Source: an uncultured bacterium (lineage in GTDB: Bacteria; Planctomycetota; UBA8108; UBA1146). Taken from it: a stretch of 64,000 nt of DNA. The stretch lies in NCBI GenBank assembly GCA_913056395.1, contig CAJXMG010000006.1:34408-98407 (forward strand), in the 5' to 3' direction. The translations under genes were made by a program, and so were the position numbers. How positions within the stretch are numbered: position 1 is the first letter of the stretch; every line of letters starts with the position of its first letter. The notes beneath the pieces were generated by a model. That model had not been told where the DNA came from, ran no database searches, and saw only the letters and a program-made list of their open reading frames with translations. Shown in pieces: positions 47,056-57,697 of this stretch.

Positions 47056-49263
47056 ATGAAGATGGTCCCCCACCTCCTCAGAATCGTCTATCTCTCTGTC
47101 ATCACCTGGTTGTGTCTGATGACCGGAAATCTGTACGCCCAAAACTGGACAATCAGTGGCACTGTGGTCGATGCGGTGGGAAACCCCATTTCCGGAGTCG
47201 ACCTCGATTTGATTGATCCACTCTCGCCTACCACCGTGATCCCCATCACAGGTGACACCTCTGCCGTCGACGGTAGCTTCCTGATTTCCATCAACACCAC
47301 CATTGCTGCAGGAAACTACTTACTTCAGTTTGAACCCAGCACCGCCCACCTTCCGGACGAAATCGACATCAACCTTAACGGCAATCTGAACATAGGGTCT
47401 CATGCATTGGCTTCAGGCTGGTTGATCTCCGGTACCGTAGTCAATACTGCCGGTACTCCCGCCTCAGGAGTGGATATCGATATTCGCGGTGATCAGGCGG
47501 GCTGGCTAGATCTCGTTGGCGATAACACCAACACTCTCGGTGAATTTTCCGTCGCTATTCCTGCGATCATCGATGAATACAGGATTACTTTTGCGGATAC
47601 TGCTTTAGACGCTGCCGTGTTTCCCATTGAAATAGATTTAGGCCTGCTTTTCGGAAATACGAACCTTGGAATCGTCGAAATGCCCATCGCTCATACCCTG
47701 ACAGGCTTGGTTGTCGATGAAGATGGGGTGCCGCTGCCAGGTATCGACATGAATCTTTATGACTCCGCAGGGGTAACCGTTGAACTTTTCAATGATGATA
47801 CCGACCTCCAAGGGGCCTTCAGTGTCGTTGTTCCTGAAGGAATCTTTACTGTCCGCCACAGGGATGTGAGTCCAACGCCCGGGATTGAAAGGGTGAACCA
47901 CGAAATCGCAGACCTGTCGATCTTCTCCAACCTCGACCTTGGAACCATCGTCATGCCGATTGGTTATCATGTTCAAGGGACCGTAGCCGGTTCTGCAGGA
48001 GAGTTGATCGCCGGAGCAGATTTTGACGCCAAGTACGCGGCGACGGGTCTGCCCATCTCTATTTCTTCAGATACCACGGATGTCACGGGTTCGTTCGATC
48101 TTCTTCTTCCAGAAGGAAATATCATTCTTGAAGTGGACCCTCCCCTGACGGGACAGGTCAGGGTCTCCAAGCAGATTCAGGTATCGATTGCCCCTGTCAG
48201 CCCTGTCAGCATTGGTCAGATCATTCTTGATGACGGAGTCACCGTCAGTGGTTCATTCACCGACTCCTCAGGGAATCCAGTTCCCTCAGTGGATGTCGAG
48301 TTCTACCTGTTCAGCACCGGACAGGTCTACGAGACTCTCCATGAAAATGGTAATCAAGCAGGAACCTTCAGTGCAAATGTACACACCAATGACTACAACT
48401 TGACCTTTACCCCCCCTGTTGCCAGCGGCCTCGGCCCCTTCTTTCTGATGAATGTCGAGTGTTATTCTGCGAGGGATCTGGGAACACTTGTACTCAGTCC
48501 TGCCGCAACCTTGTCAGGCAGTGTCACCAGCTCTGGTGTGGGACTGGAAGGCATTCAGATTACTGCGGTCGATATGGCCAGCGGCGCTACTCCGCCATGG
48601 GGCTCAACCACCACTCAGGCTGGTGGCGGTTACTCCCTCACTTTGACTGAGGGGATTTGGTCGGTGACGGCTACTGCTCCCCCTGGAACCGGGTTGACCG
48701 ATCTTTCGGAACTCAACCTTGCGGTTTCACAGGGAACAATGCTGAACTTTGAATTCCCCAACCTTGCTCCTTCCATCACCAACCTGACCTGCACCTTCGA
48801 CGATCCTGTGGTGAATCTGAGTTGGAGTAATGGAACAGTTTACGACTGGATCAGCATCACCAGGAACGGAATTCCTTTGACAACGATTACAGGTGATCAG
48901 GTGAGTTTTACAGACTCAATGCCCGGTTCAGGAGCAATGCAATACTCCGTGACCGGGAATGTATTGGGAGTAGATTCGCCTGAGGCATTTTGCGATCTCA
49001 CGATTCCAAGACCGTTTATCCGTTGCGATTCAGATCTGGGTGGAAACATCACCATATCGGATGCCATCAATGTGCTGAGTTACCTTTTTGCGTCCTATGG
49101 GACCACTTGCACAGATGCGATGGATTGCAATGATTCGGGAGCCATCAATATTGCTGACCCGGTGATGTTGCTGAACTTCCTTTTCGGCACAGGTCCCCTG
49201 CCTTCGGCTCCCTATCCCAATGCCGGGCAAGACCCCACCCCCGACAACCTCGACTGCAATTAA
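47056..49263 (+). CDS. Secreted protein with about 8 tandem carboxypeptidase-regulatory-like (CarboxypepD_reg / transthyretin-like) domains, an FN3-like domain and a C-terminal dockerin-like module.
   Basis: Start at ATG 47056 gives the signal peptide MKMVPHLLRIVYLSVITWLCLMTGNLYAQN; the ORF-track 46672 start lacks one. Repeated ISGTVVDAVGNPISGVDLDL / LTGLVVDEDGVPLPGIDMNL units. C-terminus FIRCDSDLGGNITISDAINVLSYLF...NDSGAINIADPVMLLNFLFGTGPLPSAPYPNAGQDPTPDNLDCN. Confidence 0.6.
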   Translation: MKMVPHLLRIVYLSVITWLCLMTGNLYAQNWTISGTVVDAVGNPISGVDLDLIDPLSPTTVIPITGDTSAVDGSFLISINTTIAAGNYLLQFEPSTAHLPDEIDINLNGNLNIGSHALASGWLISGTVVNTAGTPASGVDIDIRGDQAGWLDLVGDNTNTLGEFSVAIPAIIDEYRITFADTALDAAVFPIEIDLGLLFGNTNLGIVEMPIAHTLTGLVVDEDGVPLPGIDMNLYDSAGVTVELFNDDTDLQGAFSVVVPEGIFTVRHRDVSPTPGIERVNHEIADLSIFSNLDLGTIVMPIGYHVQGTVAGSAGELIAGADFDAKYAATGLPISISSDTTDVTGSFDLLLPEGNIILEVDPPLTGQVRVSKQIQVSIAPVSPVSIGQIILDDGVTVSGSFTDSSGNPVPSVDVEFYLFSTGQVYETLHENGNQAGTFSANVHTNDYNLTFTPPVASGLGPFFLMNVECYSARDLGTLVLSPAATLSGSVTSSGVGLEGIQITAVDMASGATPPWGSTTTQAGGGYSLTLTEGIWSVTATAPPGTGLTDLSELNLAVSQGTMLNFEFPNLAPSITNLTCTFDDPVVNLSWSNGTVYDWISITRNGIPLTTITGDQVSFTDSMPGSGAMQYSVTGNVLGVDSPEAFCDLTIPRPFIRCDSDLGGNITISDAINVLSYLFASYGTTCTDAMDCNDSGAINIADPVMLLNFLFGTGPLPSAPYPNAGQDPTPDNLDCN

Positions 49264-49308
49264 CCACTGCTGTGAACAACGATAGTGATCAGCTAGCCGC
49301 AAGGTTGA

Positions 49309-52300
49309 TCAGGGACAGTTCACCTGACTGGTGCAATTCAGTGAGTCAGCAGTAGTGTCAGTCCCACAATCAGGATATGGGGATGCGGGAACAGTTGTAC
49401 CTTCAAAGACAAAGGACAATGCCCCAACCACGTCAGCAAGATCAACGACACCATTGTCATTGAAATCAGTCGCAGATTCACAAGCGACCAATCCACTGCC
49501 AAAGAGGAAATCGAGGGTCTGAATCGGATCTGAGATATCAAAACTCCCATCCCCATTCGAGTCTCCCCTGCGGAAGATCGGCAAACTGACCGTCACCGAC
49601 ACTTCCACCGGGTTACTGGTCCCACCTGCACCTGTGGCTGTGACACTCGCGGTGAATACACCTGCTGCCGAATATAGGTGTGTCGGGTTTTGTTCAGTGG
49701 AACCCTGCCCATCTCCGAAAGACCAGTTCCAGGTCACACCGGCAACATTCGAGGTTGCAGAGAACTGGACCGGAGATCCCAACTCTACCGCTGAGAGATT
49801 GACGAATGCTTCCACTACAGGAATAGGGGCTGCCTGAACATCGACTAGGCAGGAAGATGGACTACTGGGCACGCCTGAAGACTCGACCGTCACTTCATAA
49901 GTGACGATTCCCGACGGAGCATTGGTGTCGGTGTAGGCCGTGATTCCACTGGGCAAAGTAGCAATTAAAACTCCATTCCGACTGACGGTCAGAGCCGAAC
50001 TCCCCGGTAAAACACTCCAGCTCAAATTAGCTGTCAAAGGTTGAGGACTGACACAGGTCAACCCCGAGACAGGGGCAGGAGGAACAGAAAGAGTGCATTC
50101 AGTTGCAGGAGCGATCAGACTTCCTGCTACTGCCACTACTGAATAATCCCTGAGGCCACCTGGTGGAGAAGTCTCCTGATAGAAGTTCGAACTTCCGGGC
50201 AGGGTTGCCAACAGAAGTCCATCTCGACTCACTTCCACCGCACTCAGTCCGTTTTCCACGGACCAGACCAGAGTCGCCGTTCCACCAGAAAACTGACAGT
50301 CCAGATTACTCACCGGCAGAGGATTGCGCGTCAATTGACAAACCTGTTCGTCACTCTGAACGGAAGAAACCACTCCCCTGATCGAGTAGGAGTAAGAGCC
50401 GGGATCGACCGCTTCAGTGTGGGTGGTCGAATTTCCGGGCAATGTGGCCACTTCGACGCCGTCCCGTCGAATCACGATGGATCCGTATGCCTCGCCATTG
50501 CTCCAGTTCAGGACGGCATTGCCTGCGGATGAGCCGCAACTGAACCCTGATGGAGCCAGAGGTTGAATCGTCTGATTACAAAGCACTGCTGAAGAGCTGA
50601 ACGATTGTAAAACAGAGATGACAGACCACTCATGGTTACCTGCTCCAGGATCATCCTGATATGAGGTGGAACTCCCCGGAAGTGTGGCAACAAGAATTCC
50701 ATTTCGGCGAATTTCCAGAGCGTCATAGGTGTGAGAATTAGTCCAGGACAAATTGACAAGGTTCTGGTCCGACACGCAGGTCAGTGAACCCACCGGACTC
50801 GGTGGAATAAAGACACCACAACTGGCAGAAGGACTGTCTGCACCAGCGGTCACCCCTCTGACAAAATAGGATTGGGCGCCCGCGCCCGGATTGACATCGG
50901 TCAGGCTGGTACTGTTCCCAGGCAAGGAGGCGATCACCACCGAGTTACGCAATACCTCCACACTGTCGTAAACCGCAGCGTTGGACCATGACAGCAGCAC
51001 ATCGGTTCCCTGAGGGGTGCACGAAAGATTCTCGGGTGCGGGAGGAGAAATCCCGATGGTACAAGCCACCGGCAGTGAGACCTGACTTCCCAAGACCGAG
51101 GAAACCTCAATTGTATGAGATCCCACGGTCAGCCCACCAATCGTGGTCGACGTTGCTGAACCTGCCAAAACCTGTGGAGCTCCGCCGTCTACCACCAGTT
51201 GAATCGAGTCCCAGGTTCCGGTCACCGTCCATGAAACAGCGACAGAGGCACCACTCACGGTACAGATCAGATCCTGCGGAGCGGTGAGAGCACCACCCAT
51301 GCATTCGATCAGAGCATCCACCAGTTGCTGACGTGTACTGACGCCGTTCACCAGTCCCCCGTTTTCATAGGAGACTCCCAACGTCAACTGGCCGCCGTTA
51401 TCCCGGAAGACCCCAACGTCGTATGCCGGAGACTGATTGGACTGAACCACAGTTGCTCCGGGATCCGCCTGGAGACGATCAACCCAGGAATTTTCTCCAG
51501 TGTAGGTCAGCGTCAGACCAGACAAGTCGCAGCCGGTTGCGAATGCTCCGGTCACCTCTCCGAGGTTGTCGGTGGTGCTTCCGTCCGAAAGGGCGGTGAT
51601 TCCAAACTCGGCGTGAATCGGTCGCTGGGGATCGAAGAACCAGGTGTCCCCTCCCTCGATGTAGAGAGCCTGACCACCTACACCGTTGGTCAGATAACTC
51701 ACCAGGGCGGCGGACTCCTCCACCGTAATCTGATGATTGTTGGGAAACATTCCAAGCATGACCCAGATCCGGTCAAAAACATCGAGATCATTAAATGCGA
51801 GCAGATTGGAAGTGAGGATGGCACTGCGGCCGGTCTGCACCAGGTCCGTCCCAAAGACGTTTCCGGAATCCACCGTTCCTGTTCCCGGGGACCAGATCAG
51901 ATCACGGGCATCGCCGATGAGAAACAGGGAACATTGGCGGGCAATACTGGGAGTCGCTCCCACAAACCCCTGAACTTCCCAGGAGTGCTGACCCGCCGGA
52001 ACGGAAAGATCCAGATATCCGGTGGCATTCCCCGCAAGTGTGGAGATCAGAACCCCATCCCTGCGAATCGTCACCGAGTCATAAACCTCTCCCGGTACCC
52101 AACTGAGCTGCACCCCCACACCAGATTCGGTGCAGGTGAAGTTCACCGGCCCAGCAGGGCCTCCCATGAGAGCCAACATATTGGAAAGGTTGACGCGGCC
52201 GTGTCCAAAGTTGTTGTCGAAGCCCGCCGGATCTTCACCCGCTGGGCCAACCTGATCATCAGCCCCGGCCTGAAGAATTTCCTGGGCCTGAGCGGCAGTC

Positions 52301-53763
52301 AAAGCAGGATCGTGCGACAGGATGACAGCCAGTGCTCCCGCCACCACGGGTGTGGCGGAAGAGGTTCCGTTGAATCCCCCGGTGTAATCGCCATTGACCA
52401 TACCGCCAGGACCGGCGATATCGGTGGTGGCCATCAGGACGCCCGGTGCCACGACTGTTTGCTGGGGCCCGGTGTTCGAGCCCCAGAAATTCTCCCCGTC
52501 ACAGGAAGTGGTGGATTTGATCTCGTCACAGGGGCTGGTCGCACCGACTGCAATCGTCTGGGCATAGGCAGCAGGGAAGGAAACCCCCGCACTCTCGTTG
52601 CCACTGGCAAAAACCAGCAAGCATCCAAGTCCCCCGCGTCCCGTTTGCAGGGCATAGTCCATCGTGTTCGATTCTGCGGTACTGGGTGCTCCACCCCCCC
52701 ATGAATTGGAGAGAATGTCCGCACCATTGTCCACAGCCCAGGTCAGTGAATCGATGATCCAGTCATTCTGGGTCCAGTGATTGCCAAAGCCCATTCGCAC
52801 CGGCTGGATTTGGGCATTCCACGCAACTCCGGCCACTCCGAGGTTGTTATTTCCTCTGGCGGCAGCAATGCCAGCACAGCCGGTTCCATGGGAATCATTG
52901 GTATCGCAGTTTCCAGGTATTCCCTCAGGGGAAGCCTGTATTGAGACGGAATCATGACCCGCCACCATATTCGGAGCGAGATCTTCATGGTCGACATCGA
53001 CACCCTCATCGAGGATGGCGATGGTCACATTGGCTCCCCCGGTTTGAATGCTCCAGGCGGTTTCTGCGGAAATGTCGACACCCGGTGTTCCCTGCTGGCC
53101 AGTGTTGTTCAGATACCATTGATTGGGATAGAAGGTGTCATTCGGGGCGACCATTTCTCCCAACCTCATGATGAAATTGGGACTGGCAGATTCGACTCCC
53201 GGGAAATTTTCGAAATCCAGAATCGCACTTTCGAAATCAACCGGATTTCCGTGGCGAACGAGAAACAGAGGTTTGGTTGACGGAAATTCGCGAACGATTT
53301 TGGCCCGGTATGCATCACGGAAGCGTTGATAAACTGCGGTTTCGTAACTGGTCAGGGTCACGAGTAATTCAGGACGTGGAATATGCAAACGGCCATTAAA
53401 CTCCAGGCATGGAGCAACCCAGCCCCCTGAAATCTCTCCCAGAGATTTCAACGAATCCATCGCCACACCTCTCTCGAGGGAAACAAGATGCAGACCATCA
53501 TATGGCATTGAATCGATGGATTTCACCAGTACACCTGTTGTGCCGGCAGTCAGCAATTCATGTATCGTTGTCGGTGCGTCGGTGTCAGTCGGCAGGTAGA
53601 ACGCGATGCGATCGGAGTCAGCAGGAAGCTTGACCTTGAGATCTCCAAATGTGAAGGACATGACCTTTCGCTTGGAGTCCTGAGCTCCGACAGAAACAGG
53701 AATCGATGCGGACAGCAACACGCCCAGCATGATCAATAGGATTCTGGATGTAATCTGAATCAT
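49309..53763 (-). CDS. Subtilisin-like S8 serine peptidase (1484 aa): propeptide, catalytic domain, about 8 Ig/FN3-like repeats, a PKD domain and a C-terminal dockerin-like module.
   Basis: Catalytic triad context ILDEGVDVDHEDL (Asp), HGTGCAGIAAA (His), GTSSATPVVAGALAVIL (Ser). PKD signature WNWSFGDGQGSTEQNPTHLYSAAGVFTASVTA. C-terminus FRRGDSNGDGSFDISDPIQTLDFLF...NDNGVVDLADVVGALSFVFEGTTVPASPYPDCGTD...NCP. Confidence 0.85.
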   Translation of the reverse strand: MIQITSRILLIMLGVLLSASIPVSVGAQDSKRKVMSFTFGDLKVKLPADSDRIAFYLPTDTDAPTTIHELLTAGTTGVLVKSIDSMPYDGLHLVSLERGVAMDSLKSLGEISGGWVAPCLEFNGRLHIPRPELLVTLTSYETAVYQRFRDAYRAKIVREFPSTKPLFLVRHGNPVDFESAILDFENFPGVESASPNFIMRLGEMVAPNDTFYPNQWYLNNTGQQGTPGVDISAETAWSIQTGGANVTIAILDEGVDVDHEDLAPNMVAGHDSVSIQASPEGIPGNCDTNDSHGTGCAGIAAARGNNNLGVAGVAWNAQIQPVRMGFGNHWTQNDWIIDSLTWAVDNGADILSNSWGGGAPSTAESNTMDYALQTGRGGLGCLLVFASGNESAGVSFPAAYAQTIAVGATSPCDEIKSTTSCDGENFWGSNTGPQQTVVAPGVLMATTDIAGPGGMVNGDYTGGFNGTSSATPVVAGALAVILSHDPALTAAQAQEILQAGADDQVGPAGEDPAGFDNNFGHGRVNLSNMLALMGGPAGPVNFTCTESGVGVQLSWVPGEVYDSVTIRRDGVLISTLAGNATGYLDLSVPAGQHSWEVQGFVGATPSIARQCSLFLIGDARDLIWSPGTGTVDSGNVFGTDLVQTGRSAILTSNLLAFNDLDVFDRIWVMLGMFPNNHQITVEESAALVSYLTNGVGGQALYIEGGDTWFFDPQRPIHAEFGITALSDGSTTDNLGEVTGAFATGCDLSGLTLTYTGENSWVDRLQADPGATVVQSNQSPAYDVGVFRDNGGQLTLGVSYENGGLVNGVSTRQQLVDALIECMGGALTAPQDLICTVSGASVAVSWTVTGTWDSIQLVVDGGAPQVLAGSATSTTIGGLTVGSHTIEVSSVLGSQVSLPVACTIGISPPAPENLSCTPQGTDVLLSWSNAAVYDSVEVLRNSVVIASLPGNSTSLTDVNPGAGAQSYFVRGVTAGADSPSASCGVFIPPSPVGSLTCVSDQNLVNLSWTNSHTYDALEIRRNGILVATLPGSSTSYQDDPGAGNHEWSVISVLQSFSSSAVLCNQTIQPLAPSGFSCGSSAGNAVLNWSNGEAYGSIVIRRDGVEVATLPGNSTTHTEAVDPGSYSYSIRGVVSSVQSDEQVCQLTRNPLPVSNLDCQFSGGTATLVWSVENGLSAVEVSRDGLLLATLPGSSNFYQETSPPGGLRDYSVVAVAGSLIAPATECTLSVPPAPVSGLTCVSPQPLTANLSWSVLPGSSALTVSRNGVLIATLPSGITAYTDTNAPSGIVTYEVTVESSGVPSSPSSCLVDVQAAPIPVVEAFVNLSAVELGSPVQFSATSNVAGVTWNWSFGDGQGSTEQNPTHLYSAAGVFTASVTATGAGGTSNPVEVSVTVSLPIFRRGDSNGDGSFDISDPIQTLDFLFGSGLVACESATDFNDNGVVDLADVVGALSFVFEGTTVPASPYPDCGTDTTADSLNCTSQVNCP
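49713..51393. repeat. Intragenic repeats encoding about 8 Ig/FN3-like ~95-aa domains within the S8 peptidase gene.
   Basis: Recurrent units of the form C(T/S).SG..V.LSW....YD..E..RNG.L.ATLPG.ST.Y. They generate the antisense ORF 51325..52704. Confidence 0.5.
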
Positions 53764-54191
53764 GCGATCTCCACCTATCTTCCCAAATCAACAGGGCATC
53801 AATACATGCCCCTGCGACCGACACACAAACCTTCAGCCGCGTATTTTTTGAATAAACGAGGTGAACCCGCAAATGCACCTGGAAAGGTGTGCCCTTTATC
53901 AAAAAAGGTCAGACTTCTCGGGAACCTTCGTCAGACTGAATTTTACGCCCTATAACACGCCTGTACACATTTGATCATCTGGCATTGCAAAGTGACTCAT
54001 GCCTTACATGGCTTACCTGTCATTAATGCACTCAATTTGAGTCTCAGGGATCCCATTTTCCCGATGAATCTGTTAACAAGTAATACAGCACCATGGAATG
54101 AACGATTCTCCATCGATTAGAAGTGGTGCTCGACGACGAATCCAATAGGTCAAGGATCGACTGCTCGAGTTTCCAAAGTTGAAGGGAAGCT

Positions 54192-55499
54192 ATGATTTTC
54201 GAAGAACAAGTTGAACGTCAATTCCACTGTGAAACGTGGACTCCTTTCAAATCTTCCCGTCTGGTCGCAGCCTCAAGAGTCGGGATACTCTCTGTCCTTC
54301 TCGCGGTTGGTAGCCTGCTTTCCGGTTGTGGAGGAGGTGGTGGTACAGCAGGTGGTCCGGCACCCATCATCGACTTCTCCAAGAAACGGGATGTCCTCAA
54401 TCCTGCTATTGTCGTGCCCCTCTTCCAGGACCGAAATACTGCAGGCTCTACCAATCCTGTCGATTTCGATTACCTGGAAGTCGACAGTCCCAGCTTCGTG
54501 GATGATGCTGGAAGACCTTCTGACCGTGGCATGCTTTTTTATGAAGCGACGGATGGGAACGGAACCAACTCTATCGGTCTTGTCACGTCAGCGGATTACG
54601 ACGATTTCAGCGTCCCAGTGATCAATCGGGCTCAGGTGCTGGTGGCCGGCGACCTTCCTCAAGTGGAGTTTACGCAAACAGGTCTTTTTGAAGACGCAAT
54701 TGCGGTATCCGATCCTAGTGTCATCGTCGACAAAGGTGTCCCCCTTGGTGCTGCAGGCAGATATCGAATGTGGATCGAAGGGGTTTACTCTTCCGCGGGC
54801 AACCTCAGCGCAATCCTCACCACCTCTTCCGCAGATGGGCAAAACTGGGAACCACCTCAACTTTGTGTCGGTTTGGAACTCGGCCCCGAATTTGGAGATG
54901 TGATCCGGATCGTCGATGCAGACGTGGTCAAAGTCGACGAACTCGGCGAGGCATACCGCATGATCTTTGAAGTGATTCGATCAGACCTCTCGTCAGTATT
55001 CGGCATGGCAACCACGTCTGATATCAATGGAGTCAATTGGACCGTCACGGATGGGGTCTTGACCGGAACCTCAGCTGGTCCTGTCTTCAGCGGTGGCCCG
55101 GGAGGCTTTGACGACGGTTCTGTTCAGTCTCCGGGACTGGGAATCGAGCGTAACGACAATGGCGACATCGTCGAATGGCATCTCTTTTACGAAGGAAAAC
55201 CCAGCGATTTTCTGGCGAACAACGACTCCCTGATCGGTTACTCTAACAGTGTTGACGGGTTTTCCTGGAGTGGTTACGCGGTGCCGGTCATCACGGCGAC
55301 CAGTGACCTGATTCAACCCACGGCCTTCGACTCCGATGATGTCAAACATCCCGATGTTTTCATCCGTATCCCCGACCCCCCTTCAACGGACCCCCTCAAC
55401 CCCGCCGACCTCCATCGATTCATTCTTTATTACAGTGGAGATTCGGTGTTTGAAGACCCCAATGAGGTCAACAGAATCGGTCTGGGGACCGCAGAATAG
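54192..55499 (+). CDS. Hypothetical secreted lipoprotein, possibly beta-propeller glycoside-hydrolase-like.
   Basis: Lipobox LLAVGSLLSGCGGGGG. Recurring (W/Y)hh(Y/F)EG motifs (YRMWIEGVY, YRMIFEV, WHLFYEGKP) resemble 5-bladed propeller hydrolases. Weak assignment. Confidence 0.4.
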   Translation: MIFEEQVERQFHCETWTPFKSSRLVAASRVGILSVLLAVGSLLSGCGGGGGTAGGPAPIIDFSKKRDVLNPAIVVPLFQDRNTAGSTNPVDFDYLEVDSPSFVDDAGRPSDRGMLFYEATDGNGTNSIGLVTSADYDDFSVPVINRAQVLVAGDLPQVEFTQTGLFEDAIAVSDPSVIVDKGVPLGAAGRYRMWIEGVYSSAGNLSAILTTSSADGQNWEPPQLCVGLELGPEFGDVIRIVDADVVKVDELGEAYRMIFEVIRSDLSSVFGMATTSDINGVNWTVTDGVLTGTSAGPVFSGGPGGFDDGSVQSPGLGIERNDNGDIVEWHLFYEGKPSDFLANNDSLIGYSNSVDGFSWSGYAVPVITATSDLIQPTAFDSDDVKHPDVFIRIPDPPSTDPLNPADLHRFILYYSGDSVFEDPNEVNRIGLGTAE

Positions 55500-55542
55500 G
55501 CGGCCGGACGGACTTGCGAAAATGTTGTAAACTTACACGACA

Positions 55543-57693
55543 TTGGGAGTTGTCTCAGTTGGGGAGATTGTCGTGAGTTTCCAAAATCCGGTCCATCCCG
55601 AAAAATCGATTACCGAAGGCCGCAGCCCAAGGCGTGGGGCCTCCGGTTCCAGAGCCGCTTTCCCGGTTGCCGTGCTTTTTGGAATCTGGATTTTGACTCT
55701 CAACTCCGGTTGTGACAGCAACCGGGAATCGGCAACCCCTGTTAAAGGTTCCGTCTCCATCATCGATGACGTTGCCTCAAATTCCTCTCCCCATCAAATC
55801 CAACTGCCATCACCGACAACGATCATTGGAAATCTCGCACCTGCAGAGGAAGACCTTCATGCACCCAGATTCATGGGATTGAAACATCTCGTCGCCGGAG
55901 ACAAAGAGCTGATGCTGACCTGGGAGTCAGCTATCGATGATGTCTCTCCTGATAGCGCCATCTCCTATCATGTATTTCTCTCTGAGCGATCTGGAAAACA
56001 ACAGTTTGATGCTCCCCCCCAAATGATTGTGCCGGCGGGTTCACAGTCCTGTCGCCTCACTGGACTCGAAAATGGGGTCACTCTTCACGTCGTCGTTCGT
56101 GCAGTGGATGCCTCGGGCAAGGCTGATTCCAACGAGGCAGAATGGGCCGCAACCCCTAATCCGGTTCTGTTCGTGGACGCATCGGTCAATGAATCCGCAG
56201 ATGGAGAAACTCCTCTAGCCGCTCTGAAATCCATCGACGAAGCCATCGGCGCGGCAATTGGATTGGCTGGAGTCAATGTCTACATCGCCGAAGGAGAGTA
56301 TCAGGAACAGATCCTCCTCTTCGATGGGATGAGCCTTTACGGCGGATTTCAAAGTGGATTCGACGCCTTTCCTGATCCCGTGATCCGGCAAACTCGGCTT
56401 CAGGGAACATCAGGGAAAGACACCCTGATTCTGCCCCCTGGAAACCACCTGACTGTGATCGATGGACTGAACTTTACCGGTGAAAACAGCGCTCGCCGGG
56501 CTATCGTCGCCGACGATTGTGTCCTGCAGATTTCCCATTGCCAGATTTCCGGTTTTGCCGACAAAGGCATACAGATCGAAACCGATACGGACGACGGCGG
56601 AGAAGCGAGCGGATCACTCCTTTTTTGTGACGTCCGGAACAATCGTGGCGATGGATTACGGATCGAAGGATTTGTCGACTTGGTCCTCCGTGAATGCAGA
56701 TTCACCGGAAACGGGCAGAGCGGCATCTCTTCCCCCTCTCTCCAACCTCGGCACGGCGAGAAAACCAGACTTGATCTGAACCGGGTACTCGTCGCAGACA
56801 ATGGAGACATCGGCATCAACATCCGCATTTCCGAACCAGATGCAGGAGATCCTGAGGATCCACCCAGAGTTCGGCTGGGACTCTTCGGGGTGGAGTCCTC
56901 CGGAAATGACGATCACGGGATGGGCTTCGACCTCCGATACTCTGAAGATCAGAACGTGGACATGCGAATTCGTATCGAGTACTGCCTATTGTCAGACAAT
57001 CGAAAATCTGGCGTGTACCTCGATGCGGATGCGATCGGAGATTACTCCATCAGCCATTCCAACTTTGAGGGCAACCGTGGAGACAGTGCACTGAAACTTT
57101 CCGGTGATGCCACCGGGGCCATCATTCATGTTCGTGATTGCCTTTTCCCTGCAGGACAGGGTTACAGCTTGCTTTACCGCGGCTCGGGTCTCGTCAATGT
57201 GATGGAAAGTGAACTCGCCTCGGTCGGGCCTGACAACAAACCACTCCAACGGGAGGCCACAGGGATCGTCACTGTTCAGGGGCAGTCAGTCATGGAATCG
57301 ATAGATCCTTCCATGAAACATTGGGAGAAGATTCTGGAATCTCCCGGAAAGCAGCAGCCATCCCATGCGTTGGATTCCCTTCCTGCCCCCCCCAAGCAGA
57401 GAAGCGCAGGTATCGTCGGAATCGTTCCCGGACCGGGAAAGCTGTCGCAGAACAACCCTCTTCAGTGGAAGGTGCTCCTGAGTGACGATTCCATCACCCC
57501 GGAAATCAGCGCAGCCGCCGATGGTAATGCCTTTCCACTGGTCAACTCCAAAAGTGGTGAGATCTTGACGATTGAACCCTCCCAGGACATTGGAGAATTC
57601 CGCAAACTGATCCTTCGGGTGACCGTTCCCGAACAATCGGGATCAACCGAGCAGAGCCACCGTTTCGAATACGAACCTGCGGGAGATCGGTGA
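55543..57693 (+). CDS. Right-handed parallel beta-helix repeat protein (pectate-lyase fold) with an N-terminal FN3-like domain; lipoprotein.
   Basis: Signal/lipobox ...ILTLNSGC. Tandem PbH1-like repeats (GFADKGIQIE, NNRGDGLRIEG, GNGQSGISS, DNGDIGINIR, DNRKSGVYLD, GNRGDSALKLSG). Confidence 0.6.
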   Translation: MGVVSVGEIVVSFQNPVHPEKSITEGRSPRRGASGSRAAFPVAVLFGIWILTLNSGCDSNRESATPVKGSVSIIDDVASNSSPHQIQLPSPTTIIGNLAPAEEDLHAPRFMGLKHLVAGDKELMLTWESAIDDVSPDSAISYHVFLSERSGKQQFDAPPQMIVPAGSQSCRLTGLENGVTLHVVVRAVDASGKADSNEAEWAATPNPVLFVDASVNESADGETPLAALKSIDEAIGAAIGLAGVNVYIAEGEYQEQILLFDGMSLYGGFQSGFDAFPDPVIRQTRLQGTSGKDTLILPPGNHLTVIDGLNFTGENSARRAIVADDCVLQISHCQISGFADKGIQIETDTDDGGEASGSLLFCDVRNNRGDGLRIEGFVDLVLRECRFTGNGQSGISSPSLQPRHGEKTRLDLNRVLVADNGDIGINIRISEPDAGDPEDPPRVRLGLFGVESSGNDDHGMGFDLRYSEDQNVDMRIRIEYCLLSDNRKSGVYLDADAIGDYSISHSNFEGNRGDSALKLSGDATGAIIHVRDCLFPAGQGYSLLYRGSGLVNVMESELASVGPDNKPLQREATGIVTVQGQSVMESIDPSMKHWEKILESPGKQQPSHALDSLPAPPKQRSAGIVGIVPGPGKLSQNNPLQWKVLLSDDSITPEISAAADGNAFPLVNSKSGEILTIEPSQDIGEFRKLILRVTVPEQSGSTEQSHRFEYEPAGDR

Positions 57694-57697
57694 AAAG

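Noticed and set aside
51325-52704. 459-aa plus-strand ORF inside the S8 peptidase gene.
   Set aside because: It is antisense to a CDS with an intact catalytic triad and Ig-like repeats, and has no protein-like features.
53990-54010. TGGCAT-TGCAAA near 53970, which resembles sigma-54 elements.
   Set aside because: GG and GC are only ~4 nt apart instead of the required ~10 nt between -24 and -12. It is not a sigma-54 promoter.
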